64,000 bases of DNA from Candidatus Doudnabacteria bacterium (GCA_041644975.1 JBAZQX010000002.1:20603-84602), one strand, 5' to 3'; shown: positions 1 through 10,680, numbered from the stretch's first letter. The notes: a model not told the origin generated them from the letters alone. Numbers and translations: made by a program.

Positions 1-536
1 ATACCGCGGGCGCGGATAAACTCCTTGGTAATGGTGATATGCTTTATATTTCTTCCACGGAGAGTAAACCTAAACGGATTCAAGGCGCTTTAGTATCGGA
101 TTCAGAGATTGAGGGAGTGGTGAAATTTTTAAGCAAGCAAGAGGAGCCCGAGTTCAATCCTGAAATAACGGAAAAACAGGGCCGTTTGAGTTTTGGGGGT
201 ATTCCCCTGCCCGAGGGGGAGGGAGAAATTGATGATGAGTTGTTTGGAGAGGCAAAAAATTTAGTGATTCAATCCGGCAAGGCTTCAGCTTCTCTTTTAC
301 AACGTCGCTTAAAGGTGGGTTATGCCCGCGCCGCCAGACTTTTAGATTATTTAGAGGAGCAGGGGATTGTGGGACCGTCAGATGGCGCTAAGCCGAGGGA
401 GATTTTGGTAAAAGGGAATGTGCAGATTATTGATGCCAACGGCGAATCACAAAATACAGCAAAACAGGTCTTGCGAGAGGATTTGGAACGGATTAAGACT
501 TTTGAAGATGAAGAAGGGAATAATGGGAATTATTAA
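1..536 (+). CDS. ftsK: DNA translocase FtsK, C-terminal part (5'-truncated by window)
   Basis: GADKLLGNGDMLY, RIQGA, gamma domain SASLLQRRLKVGYARAARLLD. Confidence 0.95.
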   Translation, partial: TAGADKLLGNGDMLYISSTESKPKRIQGALVSDSEIEGVVKFLSKQEEPEFNPEITEKQGRLSFGGIPLPEGEGEIDDELFGEAKNLVIQSGKASASLLQRRLKVGYARAARLLDYLEEQGIVGPSDGAKPREILVKGNVQIIDANGESQNTAKQVLREDLERIKTFEDEEGNNGNY

Positions 537-573
537 TACGCGAATCAGGAATTTTGAATTAGGAATCAGGAAG
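524..573 (+). repeat. Heptamer array (NNGGAAT type) across the ftsK stop
   Basis: TGGGAAT TATTAAT .. CGCGAAT CAGGAAT TTTGAAT TAGGAAT CAGGAAG. Confidence 0.7.
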
Positions 574-578
574 TTAAA

Positions 579-602
579 AAAATCGGGCAAAAGCCCGATT
601 TT
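579..602 (+). terminator. Intrinsic terminator
   Basis: AAAATCGGGC-AAAA-GCCCGATTTT. Confidence 0.7.
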
Positions 603-734
603 GTGGTTTGGTTAATATAAAGCATTTGAAACAGTAAAGAGTGATTTTTGCAGTAACTCTAGCGGAGAATCAGGATTTTTTTGGGTGTTGAAACGGTAGG
701 TTATTTCAGTAATATATTCAGGCATCTTAACAAT

Positions 735-760
735 AAAAAAAGACCCCAGTTTGGGGTCTC
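735..760 (-). terminator. Intrinsic terminator after pyrG/ORFan
   Basis: AGACCCC..GGGGTCT stem with T-run on the minus strand. Confidence 0.65.
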
Positions 761-777
761 GAGGAACATCATTTTGA

Positions 778-1092
778 TTATTTTTCTTCGCTCTTAGAGA
801 GTTCGCGCACCTCTTTGATCCAACGAGGTAGATTTTCGTCCATATACCGCCGAAGTTCTTCTGTAGTCATTATGAACGGTATCTTTCCTTCTGGGGGTGT
901 ACCCTCTAGTTTGCTAATTTTTTCTGCTAAACTCTCTAACCCTCCTACTATTTTAGAGAGTAACTCTGGCACTTTCGTGGCGATTATTTCCAGATAGCCC
1001 TCTTGAGTTCCTGTTTCAGTTAGTTCCTGTGTAAAGTCACTGGCTATTTTTTGTAGTTCCTGTGCTTCTTTCTTCAAAACTTCAATGTCCAT
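778..1092 (-). CDS. Hypothetical helical protein
   Basis: 104 aa ORF with GGAGG SD next to the pyrG stop. Confidence 0.7.
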   Translation of the reverse strand: MDIEVLKKEAQELQKIASDFTQELTETGTQEGYLEIIATKVPELLSKIVGGLESLAEKISKLEGTPPEGKIPFIMTTEELRRYMDENLPRWIKEVRELSKSEEK

Positions 1093-1104
1093 TATTTAAC
1101 CTCC

Positions 1105-2733
1105 TTATTTGATTCTTTTCGCGCTCGCGCGAATAAATTCCAGAAACAACGGATGTGGACGCAGGGGTCGGGAAGTAAATTCGGGGTGAAATTGGGTACC
1201 CAAGAAGAAAGGATGCGAGGCGAGTTCAATAATTTCTACGAGATTTCTTGCCGGGTTAATTCCGCTTACCACTAATCCCTTCTTCTCTAATATTTTACGG
1301 TACTGATTATTGAATTCATAGCGGTGGCGGTGGCGTTCCGTGATTTGGGTTTTATCGTAAGCGTGTCGCGCGATTGTGTTTGGCAGAATCTCGCACGCAT
1401 AATTGCCCAGACGTTGCGTGTCCCCGTATTTTTTGTTTTTTAAAAATTCTTTTTGTTCGCTCATTAAGCTAATTACAGGATAAGGGGTTTTAGGATTAAT
1501 TTCAGTGGTGTGGGCATTTTTCATCCCCGCCACATTGCAGGCAAATTCTACAGTGGCTAGTTGCATGCCGTAGCACAAGCCCAAGAAAGGAATCTTATTT
1601 TCCCGCAGATATTGAATAGCCAAAATTTTTCCATCCACTCCTCGCGAACCATACCCGCCGGGCACGATGACGCCATCGTAATTTTTTAGCTCGGATAAAT
1701 CTTTGGGGTTTTTCTCATATTTTTCACTGGCAAGCCATTGAATAATTGGTTTTAAATGATTAGCCCAAGCGGCGTGTTTTATTGCTTCTATTACCGAGAT
1801 GTAAGAATCTTCCAGCGTAAAATCGCCGGTTTGAAAATATTTTCCCACAATACCAATTTTTACCTCCCTTTTGACATTTTTAATTGTCTGCACTAATTTT
1901 CTCCAAGCTGTAAGGTCGTTCTTTCTTGGTTTAAGATGAAAGTGGGCGAGGATTTTTTCGCCTAATTTTTGTTCATCCAGAATGAGGGGCACCTCATAGA
2001 TTGATTCTACATCCGGGTTAGAAATTACGTGTTCCTTAAGCACGCTGCAAAAGACGGAAATTTTGTCTTTCCTTTTCTCGTCTAAAGGTCGGGCAGCGCG
2101 GCCAATTACAAAATCGGGCTGGATACCCGCGGCATTTAAAGTGCGGACAGAATATTGGACAGGCTTGGTTTTCATCTCTCCTACAGTAGAGGGAATAGGG
2201 AGGTAAGAAACATGGACATGAGAGACATGTTTGGGGTCTTCCCATTTCATCATCCGATTTGCCTCTAAGAAAAGCACCCCTTGATATTCGCCGACCGTGC
2301 CTCCAAGTTCAATAATCACAAATTCAGCTTTAGCTTTTTTTCCCGCTTCCTTGACGCGGCAAATAATTTCTTCGGGAACGTGAGGTACCACTTCCACATC
2401 CTCCCCATCATATTCCAGATTCCTTTCGCGGTGAATTACCGCCTCATAAATTTGACCAGTGGTTAAGAAATTGGAAGTGTTAAGGTCTGTTTCTGTAAAT
2501 CTTTCATAAGAGCCAATGTCCTGATCAGTTTCAATGCCGTCCTCGGTGACAAAGACTTCACCATGTTCAGTCGGTCGAATCGTGCCCGCGTCAATATTAA
2601 CATACATTTCGCATTTGACATTGGTGACACGATAGCCCTTTGCTTGTAAAAGTTTAGCAATGGAAGCCGCCGTAATCCCTTTGCCTAGGCTAGAGATTAC
2701 GCCGCCGGAGATGAAAATGTATTTAGTGGTCAT
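1105..2733 (-). CDS. pyrG: CTP synthase
   Basis: KYIFISGGVISSLGKG, KTKPVQ, GLCYGMQ, RHRHRYE, FHPEF; start taken at ATG 2733. Confidence 0.97.
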   Translation of the reverse strand: MTTKYIFISGGVISSLGKGITAASIAKLLQAKGYRVTNVKCEMYVNIDAGTIRPTEHGEVFVTEDGIETDQDIGSYERFTETDLNTSNFLTTGQIYEAVIHRERNLEYDGEDVEVVPHVPEEIICRVKEAGKKAKAEFVIIELGGTVGEYQGVLFLEANRMMKWEDPKHVSHVHVSYLPIPSTVGEMKTKPVQYSVRTLNAAGIQPDFVIGRAARPLDEKRKDKISVFCSVLKEHVISNPDVESIYEVPLILDEQKLGEKILAHFHLKPRKNDLTAWRKLVQTIKNVKREVKIGIVGKYFQTGDFTLEDSYISVIEAIKHAAWANHLKPIIQWLASEKYEKNPKDLSELKNYDGVIVPGGYGSRGVDGKILAIQYLRENKIPFLGLCYGMQLATVEFACNVAGMKNAHTTEINPKTPYPVISLMSEQKEFLKNKKYGDTQRLGNYACEILPNTIARHAYDKTQITERHRHRYEFNNQYRKILEKKGLVVSGINPARNLVEIIELASHPFFLGTQFHPEFTSRPLRPHPLFLEFIRASAKRIK

Positions 2734-2954
2734 AGTATAAGATTGTAATGCGTAACATGTAATAATTGCTAAATCGTTAGCAACCAATTTTTATCCGTTA
2801 CTCATTACTGTTTATATTTTAATTTTACAAAATATAAAAACCCTTAATTATAGTTGAAATTATTTACAGGGTTTTTTTTAATTCTTATATTTGATTCTAA
2901 CTTTATTTTATTTGTGTTAAGATAAAAAGTCAAGGGTTCATCAATAGCGCGATC

Positions 2955-3022
2955 GGGCGGACACATTGGTCCGCCCCTACGGGGGTCACCTCGGCTGTAG
3001 GGGTTGACCCATGTGTCAACCC
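2955..3022. repeat. Inverted pair of GTAG-tagged REP-like palindromes
   Basis: minus GTAG-GGGCGGAC-caatgt-GTCCGCCC (2955-2980); plus GTAG-GGGTTGAC-ccatgt-GTCAACCC (2997-3022). Confidence 0.8.
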
Positions 3023-3089
3023 GAATGACTTTTGCCAATGATTCTTTAAAAAGTTAAAATGGTAATAGGGATTTAGAATATTTAAAACA

Positions 3090-4094
3090 ATGACCAGTTT
3101 TAGTTCTAAAAAAATTCAGGGGGAAACCTTTGGCGAGATTTTAAAGAAGAAAAGAAAGAGCATGGGTTATACCCTCAAGCAGGTTTCGCATCGCCTCAAG
3201 ATTAACTTCGGTTATCTTAAAGCTTTAGAGGCGGAAAGTTTGCAGGGATTGCCTCCTCCTGTTTATGTGCGGGGTTTTTTAAAACATTATGCTCGTTTTT
3301 TAGGGCTTCCAGAGGAGACAATTTTACGATATTATAGGACAGAGCGGAATATTTTAGATAATCTTCATCCGGAGGCAAATCTGGTTTATCAAAGTAAAAT
3401 CAAGAGAGTTTCTCTTTTGAATATCAGCCCAAAGGCAGTCAAGCTCGGTTTTATCGCCTTAGGGATAGTGATGTTTTTTATCTATTTGGGATGGGAGCTC
3501 TCGGGGTTCTCTGCCCCGCCGTCACTGAAGATTATTTCTCCGCAGGAGAACGAAAAGGTGACTACCGACTCTGTGGTGGTTGCAGGGGAGAGCGAGAAAG
3601 AGGCAGAGGTTTTTATCAACGGTCAGCCGGTTTTTGTGGATCAGGAGGGCAATTTTCGGGAGCAGATTATTCTCAACGCAGGCGTGAACCCCATTGAGAT
3701 TTTAGCGCGGAATAAAATAGGGCGGGAACGTAGAGTAGCAAGGAATGTTTTAGTTTATTTGCCGGCGAATGTGGGCGCCGTAATGGACGCAGTGAAAGAA
3801 AATAAGGAGGAAAAACTCCAAGAATTATCCTTGCTTGTTAAGATTAAGGAGGGTGCGACTTGGATTTCAGTAGATACGGATGGGACTAATGTTTTTCAGG
3901 GGACAATGTTGCCGGAAACTTCACGGGAGTTTAAGGCGCGCGACAAAATCACGATTACCTCTGGGCGCGCGGGTAATACTTATATTGTCTTCAATGGTCA
4001 GGATTTAGGAAGTTTAGGTGAAGATGGGGATGTGGTCCGAAATGTAGAATTCACAAAGGATCTTAAAGTACCAGATAAAACACAATCAAATTAA
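3090..4094 (+). CDS. RodZ-like protein (HTH, TM, Ig-like, DUF4115-like)
   Basis: LKALE..LPPPVYVRGFLKHYARFLGL, TM segment, TWISV/GRAG C-terminal motifs. Confidence 0.8.
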   Translation: MTSFSSKKIQGETFGEILKKKRKSMGYTLKQVSHRLKINFGYLKALEAESLQGLPPPVYVRGFLKHYARFLGLPEETILRYYRTERNILDNLHPEANLVYQSKIKRVSLLNISPKAVKLGFIALGIVMFFIYLGWELSGFSAPPSLKIISPQENEKVTTDSVVVAGESEKEAEVFINGQPVFVDQEGNFREQIILNAGVNPIEILARNKIGRERRVARNVLVYLPANVGAVMDAVKENKEEKLQELSLLVKIKEGATWISVDTDGTNVFQGTMLPETSREFKARDKITITSGRAGNTYIVFNGQDLGSLGEDGDVVRNVEFTKDLKVPDKTQSN

Positions 4095-4098
4095 TTTT

Positions 4099-4731
4099 AT
4101 GCCTCACAAAATTAAAGTGAAAAACCTGGAGAAGATATTCAATTTTTTACATCAGGTGGAACACTTAAAATCTACCTTGAGATATACCTCGCTTGCGAGT
4201 GGACGCAAGGAATCCAGCGCAGAACATTCTTGGCGATTAGCTTTGATGACTTTCCTTGTCGCTGAAGCATTAGAATTGGATTTAGACAGTAATCACGCTG
4301 TCAGGGTCGCCCTTGTTCACGATGTTGCTGAATCCGTCACGGGAGATATTGATGCTGTTAAAATTGGTAGAAAGGAATTTTCCGAAGAAGAGAAACATCG
4401 TCTTGAAATGCAAGCGATTAAAAAGATCAAAAACAAATTACCCCTAGAACTTGGCCGCGAAATTCATAATTTATGGTTTGAGTATGAGAAAAGTTTAACC
4501 CCGGAAGCAAAATTCGTAAAGGCGCTGGATAAGTTAGAGACCTTAACCCAACTTGCAGAGGCAGGTTATAAAACTTACGACGCGCCAGAGTTTATCGCGA
4601 ATTATGCTGATTTGAGTGTGCAGAATTTTTCTGCTTTAAAGGGAATGTTGAAGATTGTGAAACGCAAACTCAAAGCAGAATTTAGGAAAGGGAATATTCC
4701 TTGGAAAAAGGAGTATAATGCTTACCCTTAA
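4099..4731 (+). CDS. HD-domain phosphohydrolase (HDDC2/YfbR-like)
   Basis: ESSAEHSWRLA, VHDVAE..GD, KALDKLE. Confidence 0.88.
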   Translation: MPHKIKVKNLEKIFNFLHQVEHLKSTLRYTSLASGRKESSAEHSWRLALMTFLVAEALELDLDSNHAVRVALVHDVAESVTGDIDAVKIGRKEFSEEEKHRLEMQAIKKIKNKLPLELGREIHNLWFEYEKSLTPEAKFVKALDKLETLTQLAEAGYKTYDAPEFIANYADLSVQNFSALKGMLKIVKRKLKAEFRKGNIPWKKEYNAYP

Positions 4732-4822
4732 TTTCAAGTAGTTGCTTTCTGATGTTTTGTGGGTTATAATAAATTAATCTCTTTTTTATTCTCTTTTCTT
4801 TTAGGAGGGGAGAAGTAATAAA

Positions 4823-5845
4823 ATGGCAAAAAATCAAACTGTGGAGGATGGCAAAACTCGCGCCGTGGAAGCGGCAGTAACCCAAATCAAAGAAAGATTT
4901 GGCGAAGGCTCGATTATGAAATTCGGGGAAGCAAAAATTATGCAGATTGAGGCGATTCCGACCGGCTCGGTTTCTTTGGATATCGCCTTGGGCATTGGCG
5001 GCGTGCCGCGAGGACGGGTGATTGAAATTTTTGGCCCCGAATCTTCAGGTAAAACCACGCTCGCCCAGCATATCGTCGCCAATGTGCAAAAAAGAGGCGG
5101 GGTGGCGGCTTTTGTGGACGCTGAACATGCTCTTGATCCTGATTATGCCAAAATGATTGGCGTGAATATTAATGATCTTTTTATTTCCCAACCAGATACG
5201 GGTGAACAGGCTTTAGAGATTGTAGAAACTTTAGTCCGTTCTAACGCTATTGATGTGGTGGTAGTGGACTCGGTAGCAGCCCTTACTCCTCGGGCCGAAA
5301 TTGAAGGCGAGATGGGGGATAGCCATATGGGTTTGCAAGCGCGTTTAATGAGTCAGGCATTAAGGAAACTCACTGCGGCCATCTCTAAATCCAAAACCAC
5401 GGTGATATTTTTAAATCAAACACGGATGAGGATCGGCGTTTTTTTTGGTAATCCCGAGGATACAACGGGCGGCAAGGCTCTCAAATTTTATTCTTCCATT
5501 CGCATTGAACTTCGGCGCGCGGCGCAGATTAGACAAGGTGATAAGATTATCGGTAACCGCGTTAAAGCGAAAGTGGTGAAGAATAAAGTAGCGCCGCCAT
5601 TCCAGACCTGTGAATTTGACATTATGTATAATGAAGGGATTTCTTATGTAGGGGATTTGATTGATATGGGTGTACTTTATAAAGTTTTAACTAAAAGTGG
5701 TTCCTGGTATCAATTAAATGAGGAGAAGCTGGGACAAGGCAGAGAGACGAGCAAGCAATATTTGAGAGTTAACCCCAAGGTCGCGGAGGTGATTCAGAAG
5801 AAGATTTGGGAGAGGGTGAACGAGCAAAGAAAGGCAGAGGTTTAG
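4823..5845 (+). CDS. recA: Recombinase A
   Basis: [33 protein letters not shown]. Confidence 0.99.
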   Translation: MAKNQTVEDGKTRAVEAAVTQIKERFGEGSIMKFGEAKIMQIEAIPTGSVSLDIALGIGGVPRGRVIEIFGPESSGKTTLAQHIVANVQKRGGVAAFVDAEHALDPDYAKMIGVNINDLFISQPDTGEQALEIVETLVRSNAIDVVVVDSVAALTPRAEIEGEMGDSHMGLQARLMSQALRKLTAAISKSKTTVIFLNQTRMRIGVFFGNPEDTTGGKALKFYSSIRIELRRAAQIRQGDKIIGNRVKAKVVKNKVAPPFQTCEFDIMYNEGISYVGDLIDMGVLYKVLTKSGSWYQLNEEKLGQGRETSKQYLRVNPKVAEVIQKKIWERVNEQRKAEV

Positions 5846-5892
5846 GTTGTGGATAACTTTGGGAATTTATAATTCCTAATTGTTCTAATTTC

Positions 5893-5934
5893 CCCGCCCG
5901 CCTTGCCTGAAGCGCAAGCGCTTGAGCGGGCAGG
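5893..5934 (-). repeat. CCTG-tagged palindromic element
   Basis: minus CCTGCCCGC..GCGGGCGGG, no target duplication. Confidence 0.7.
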
Positions 5935-5979
5935 TAATCAATGGCCAAACCCCAATGACCAATATCTAAGTTTTTGGAG

Positions 5980-6120
5980 GTCAAGCGTCTAAAGATCCCT
6001 TCGGGTCTGAACGACCTTCGGACTGAAGTCCTCGGGACTGTCTAAAGATCTGGCGTAGCCATGAAAGTCTGGCATAGCCATGAAAAGCTTGACACGAGTA
6101 ATTGTCCGCCTAAGGCGGAC
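5980..6120. repeat. Composite cluster of palindromic modules
   Basis: STTCAG-hairpin units; GTCTAAAGATCTGGCGTAGCCATGA (inverted copy at ~15626-15650); GTCCGCCTAAGGCGGAC. Confidence 0.75.
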
Positions 6121-6231
6121 TTCCAAAGCGCGAAACGGTTGATTAGACTAATTAGAAATTTTAGAATTCAATCCAATTAAAAAAATAACCTTTAAGCAAT
6201 GTTAGGTTACTTAGTTTTGTTATGAAAAAGT

Positions 6232-6789
6232 CTACGCTCGCTCTACATACTCCCCTGTTTCCGTATTTACCCTTACTTTATCTCCTTTCTTAATGAACAG
6301 GGGAACGGTTAGTTTGGCGCCTGTTTCTAAGGTGACCTGTTTGGTCCCTCCTTGAGCTGTGTCGCCGCGCACATCCGGAGGCGCGTCAGCGACTTCAAGC
6401 GCTACTTTCAGAGGGAGGTCAATTGTTATTGGTTGACCTTTAAAGATTAAGACGTCAGCACTTGTTCCTTCTTTAAAAAATTGCGCCTTCAGACCGATTT
6501 CTTTTTGTGAGAGACCAAACTGTTCATAAGTCGTTTCATCCATAAAATAGAAAATTTTACTGTCTTTGTATAGAAATTGAACTTTATTTTTAGTGATATC
6601 CGGCTCTTGGAATTTATCGTTGCCCTTAAAGTTTTTACTAAGGACGTTTCCCTTGATGAGATTCTTCAACCTTGTTTGTTGCACTGCGCCGCCGCGGCCC
6701 AATTTAACATGTTGTGAAGCAATCACTGTGTAAGGCTCACCATTGTATTCAATATTAGTGCCGATTTTTAAATCATTAATATCCAGCAT
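6232..6789 (-). CDS. efp: Elongation factor P
   Basis: HVKLGRGGA, RGDTAQGGTK, LETG, VPLFI, YVERA. Confidence 0.97.
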   Translation of the reverse strand: MLDINDLKIGTNIEYNGEPYTVIASQHVKLGRGGAVQQTRLKNLIKGNVLSKNFKGNDKFQEPDITKNKVQFLYKDSKIFYFMDETTYEQFGLSQKEIGLKAQFFKEGTSADVLIFKGQPITIDLPLKVALEVADAPPDVRGDTAQGGTKQVTLETGAKLTVPLFIKKGDKVRVNTETGEYVERA

Positions 6790-6830
6790 AAATTTATTCC
6801 CATGTTAATAGAACCTCATTAGATAGTAAA

Positions 6831-6987
6831 CCCCGTTAGAGAATCTCATTCTCTAACCCCGTTTAGAAATTTATTTCTAACTGGGCTAACGGTTCTCTCA
6901 ACTTAAGGTGGCATTAAACCATTATCAGCTTTACCCACAACCCCATTACAAATCAATTTGTAATGGGATGAATTTTCTCTAACGGGG
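6831..6987 (+). mobile_element. MITE-like CCCCGTTAGA element with nested copy
   Basis: TIR CCCCGTTAGAGAA/TTCTCTAACGGGG, TAAA on both flanks; inner mini-copy flanked by CTAA. Confidence 0.8.
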
Positions 6988-7118
6988 TAAACCCGAGTGG
7001 GTTATGGGCAGGGTTGAATTGGTCATTCCTTGGAAGTAAGTAATATCACATCATCCCACTTCTGACGCGGACTGCGTCACGCCGAAGGCTCTAACTTCGT
7101 CCTGCCGAAGGCGGAGTC

Positions 7119-7328
7119 TTATTGAATTGTGTAAGGTAGAAGGGCCATCAAGCGAGCATTTTTAATTGCGCGCGCTAATTTGCGTTGATGAAATGAACAA
7201 GTGCCTGTTCTTTTTTTGGGTCTGATTTTACCATAATTAGACAAGCACCGTTTGATTAACTCTATATTCTTGTAATTAATAATTTTTTTGGGGTCAACAC
7301 AAAAACGACAATATTTTTTAGGTTGCAT
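7119..7328 (-). CDS. rpsR: 30S ribosomal protein S18 (Zn-binding type)
   Basis: CRFC, INYKN, GKIRPKKRTGTC..HQRKLARAIKNAR. Confidence 0.95.
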   Translation of the reverse strand: MQPKKYCRFCVDPKKIINYKNIELIKRCLSNYGKIRPKKRTGTCSFHQRKLARAIKNARLMALLPYTIQ

Positions 7329-7336
7329 AAATGATT

Positions 7337-7416
7337 TAGTAACTAGTAATCAATAATCCGTAATTGGTAAAATATTAAAATAGTCACTAATTACTAGTAC
7401 AATTTATTAGTTACTT
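7337..7416. repeat. Inverted heptamer arrays (NNGTAAT/ATTACNN) with no gene between the arms
   Basis: TAGTAAC TAGTAAT CAATAAT CCGTAAT TGGTAAA ... GTCACTA ATTACTA .. GTTACTT. Confidence 0.75.
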
Positions 7417-7418
7417 TT

Positions 7419-7973
7419 TTAAAATGGTATATCTTCAATGCTAATACCTTCGTCTTCTTCCTTTTTTTCTGGAGCGCGCGGTTTCGCCTCCGGTTCTGGT
7501 GTTATTTGTTCATTCTCCGCTTCTTTGGTCAAATCATCTTCCACATTAATGGTGGGGATTTCGGAATCGGAGGCGGGGGGAGTTACCGTGGCGGCAGGAG
7601 CGGGTGTAACTTGCGGAGTAGGATAGGGAGACCTTCCTTGGGTGCGCGGCGGGGATAACATAATCATATCTCGGGCTATAATCTCGGTGCGATAGCGCTT
7701 GATGCCGTCTTGACCTTCCCAGTCATGGGTCTGGAGCGAGCCTTCAATATAAATCCGGTCCCCCTTCTTTAAATACTGGCCGCAAATATCGGCTAATTTG
7801 CGCCAAGCGACAATATTATGATATTCAACAGTCTCTTGTTTTTGACCTTGCGCGTTTGTCCAGACGCGGTTGGTAGCAACACCAAAATTAGCCACCGCGT
7901 CTCCTGAAGGGATGTTGCGGGTTTCCGGATCGCGGGTTAAGCGCCCAATAATCATTACTTTATTGAGATCCAT
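7419..7973 (-). CDS. ssb: Single-stranded DNA-binding protein
   Basis: LNKVMIIGRLTRDPE, YLKKG..YIEG, C-terminal EDIPF. Confidence 0.97.
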   Translation of the reverse strand: MDLNKVMIIGRLTRDPETRNIPSGDAVANFGVATNRVWTNAQGQKQETVEYHNIVAWRKLADICGQYLKKGDRIYIEGSLQTHDWEGQDGIKRYRTEIIARDMIMLSPPRTQGRSPYPTPQVTPAPAATVTPPASDSEIPTINVEDDLTKEAENEQITPEPEAKPRAPEKKEEDEGISIEDIPF

Positions 7974-8109
7974 TTTATTTGTACTACCTCCTTGTTGTTT
8001 TGAATTAAAAAATTAGATATTTCAATATTGAAAATACTGATATCAAAGATACTGATTGAAAATAGTGAGGAACAAACTACAAAGGAAGTAAAAGAAGTAC
8101 TGAAGTATT

Positions 8110-8613
8110 TTAAAGCACTTCTTCTTTTAAAATTTCTTCCAATTTTTTATCCAAGTCTTCCATTTCAGCTTTAGGTTTTTTGGAAGTTTTAGAGATTTTT
8201 TTCTTCTCGGAGGGCTTTTCTTCTTGGGGAAGAGAGACTAATTTTTTAGCCTCTAGCTTAGGAAGAGCGGGTTCAACTTGTTCTATAATTTTTCCCCTTT
8301 CTTCCCTTTGAATGACAGCTTCTTTTTCCTCTGTGACTGTTGTGATTAAAAATCTTAAGAGATGAGTCACAGATTTCAGTTTTTTATCTAAAGAATCTAC
8401 TTGATCTTTATTTAATTTAAACCAGGTGATATGATAATAACCTTGTTTAAAGTGTTCAATCTTGTAAGTCAAATCTTTTAGTCCCCAATATTCTTCTTTT
8501 TCAATCTCACCACCCAATTCTTTGATTATATTATTTGCTTGGGTAATTTTTTCTGCCGTTTCCTTTTCAGAAACTTGTGGCGAAAAAAGATACATTATTT
8601 CGTATTTGGGCAT
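8110..8613 (-). CDS. rpsF: 30S ribosomal protein S6 with C-terminal extension
   Basis: KYEIMY, WGLKDLTYKI, GYY; rpsF-ssb-rpsR synteny. Confidence 0.93.
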   Translation of the reverse strand: MPKYEIMYLFSPQVSEKETAEKITQANNIIKELGGEIEKEEYWGLKDLTYKIEHFKQGYYHITWFKLNKDQVDSLDKKLKSVTHLLRFLITTVTEEKEAVIQREERGKIIEQVEPALPKLEAKKLVSLPQEEKPSEKKKISKTSKKPKAEMEDLDKKLEEILKEEVL

Positions 8614-8855
8614 TATTTTCCCTTTATTTTTAACAATATTTATATGATAAATAATAGCAGAGAAATTTTAAAAAAGCAAGAATAATATCTAAATCTGGAC
8701 TTTGGAATTTGAAATCTAGATTAAAGTTCTTTCTATAAAAAATCTATATTTTGGATTCAAGATTGAAGATTCTGTCTTTTTTCTTGCTAAAATCATTAAA
8801 AGAGAGTATAGTATTTTTATTAAAATTTAACTTTGAGATTTTTAAAGTAAAAAAT

Positions 8856-10289
8856 ATGAAAATCAACCCTTTTGTTTTCAGAAACTATGATATTAGGGGC
8901 ATTGTGGGTAAAGATCTAGATAGTGAGAAAGTATATGCAATCGCCAAGGCGTATGGAACCTTTTTACAGAGAAGAAAAATACATCAGGCAGTAATTGGCA
9001 GAGATTGTCGGGTAAGTGGAGAAGAATTTAAAAAAGTATTTATTAAAGGTCTTAGAGAGACGGGTATTGATCTTATTGATATTGGTATGGTGATGACGCA
9101 AATGATGTATTATGCGCAATACCGTTTCCAGACTAATGGCGGGGTAATGATTACGGCCTCTCATAATCCATCCAATTTTAATGGATTTAAGTTGGGAATT
9201 GGTTTTTCTTTAACAACTGGGCCGGAGGAAGTGCAGGAGATAAAAAAAACTACTCAAACCGAGCGGTATTACGTTTCAAAAAAGAAAGGTTCTATCACAA
9301 AAGCTGACATCAGAGAAGATTATTTTAATGATGTTCTGAAACGCCTTCGTTTAAAGCGAAAGTTTAAGATTGTCGTTGACTTTAGACATGGGACGCCTGC
9401 TATGTATGTCCCCGAACTTTTTAAGAGGGCAGGCTGTAAACTTGTTTTGCGCAGAGAGAATGTGGATGGCAATTTCCCGGCAGGGACCCCGGATCCCACT
9501 GATGAAAAGTTTATCAGGGAACTTGGCAAGGTTGTCGTTGAAGAGAAAGCCGATTTAGGACTTGCATTTGACGGTGATGGCGACAGAATAGGAATGGTGG
9601 ATGAAAAGGGAAATATTTTATGGAATGATGTCGTGGTGGCAATTTTCGCGCAAGAAATATTAGAGAGATTTCCTAATTCAAAAATTATTTATAATACGCT
9701 TTGTTCACAGGTGGTTCAGAAAGTTATAAAGCGGAATGGCGGCATCCCGGTGATGTGGAGAACCGGGCACTCATTTATTAAGAAGAAAATAGCCGAAGAG
9801 CAAGCCGCATTTGGAGGAGAGCTTTCCGGACATTTTTTCTTTAATGATAATGCCTATGGTCACGACGATGGAACATACGCCGCATTGAGGATTTTAGAGT
9901 ATTTATCTGATAAAAAGCTTTCGTTGAGTAAATTGTATAAAAGTTTTCCGCGATATATTTCCTCGCCCGAGATTAAGATTGGATGCGCGGATGAGCAAAA
10001 AGTCGCTGTTGTCGCGGATATTGCTAAAAGGTTTAAAAAGGATTTTCCGAACGCAAAGATTACTGACGCGACAGTTATTCCCGGAGATGATGGAACGCGC
10101 GCTGACTTTAATGATGGTATGATGATTTTTAGATATTCCCAAAATGGCCCATATATTACGATTAAATTTGAAGCGCGGGATCAGAAAATTTATGACAAGC
10201 GGAAAAAATATGTCCGGGAAATGCTGGAAAGATATCCTGAAATAATCTGGAAAGACCAGTTATGCGTTAATCTTGAATCACTTCAGTAG
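8856..10289 (+). CDS. Phosphomannomutase/phosphoglucomutase
   Basis: FRNYDIRG, ITASHNP, FDGDGDR, GELSGH; start at ATG 8856. Confidence 0.93.
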   Translation: MKINPFVFRNYDIRGIVGKDLDSEKVYAIAKAYGTFLQRRKIHQAVIGRDCRVSGEEFKKVFIKGLRETGIDLIDIGMVMTQMMYYAQYRFQTNGGVMITASHNPSNFNGFKLGIGFSLTTGPEEVQEIKKTTQTERYYVSKKKGSITKADIREDYFNDVLKRLRLKRKFKIVVDFRHGTPAMYVPELFKRAGCKLVLRRENVDGNFPAGTPDPTDEKFIRELGKVVVEEKADLGLAFDGDGDRIGMVDEKGNILWNDVVVAIFAQEILERFPNSKIIYNTLCSQVVQKVIKRNGGIPVMWRTGHSFIKKKIAEEQAAFGGELSGHFFFNDNAYGHDDGTYAALRILEYLSDKKLSLSKLYKSFPRYISSPEIKIGCADEQKVAVVADIAKRFKKDFPNAKITDATVIPGDDGTRADFNDGMMIFRYSQNGPYITIKFEARDQKIYDKRKKYVREMLERYPEIIWKDQLCVNLESLQ

Positions 10290-10440
10290 GTTTAAAAAAT
10301 ACATTAGTAGATTACTTTATTCTTGTAAAGAAGTTGATTGGGGTTTTGGGGTAAATGTGGAGAGTTTAAAATAAACCAACTATTCTTTTAGAGGGTAATT
10401 GGTTAGGCTCGCTAGGGTCACTGAAACTCAAGGAGGGCAG

Positions 10441-10680
10441 ATGATGAGCGAGAAGAAGATAGATCAAGATACACTGGAGAGAATGTATACTATCCTTTCA
10501 GAAGCAGGATTAGCTGACGAATTTATAGTTATATTGAAGATGATCGGCGAAACAGGTTTCACCTTAACTGAACGTGCTATTGTCTCTACTATAAATTCCT
10601 TTGTATTTAATAAGGAGAAGTTCCATAAGGAAGTTGTGGATAAATCTCTTGACTCTATTATAGAGTATGATAAAGTATGA
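10441..10680 (+). CDS. Small hypothetical protein
   Basis: AGGAGG SD before ATG 10441. Confidence 0.6.
   Translation: MMSEKKIDQDTLERMYTILSEAGLADEFIVILKMIGETGFTLTERAIVSTINSFVFNKEKFHKEVVDKSLDSIIEYDKV

Noticed and set aside
6992-7062. Possible ncRNA hairpin between rpsR and efp
   Set aside because: Ends can pair (AGTGGG/CCCACT) but no SRP, 6S or riboswitch motif was recognised.
5848-10643. DnaA boxes (TGTGGATAA at 5848 and 10635) as oriC
   Set aside because: Isolated single boxes; no cluster and no dnaA.
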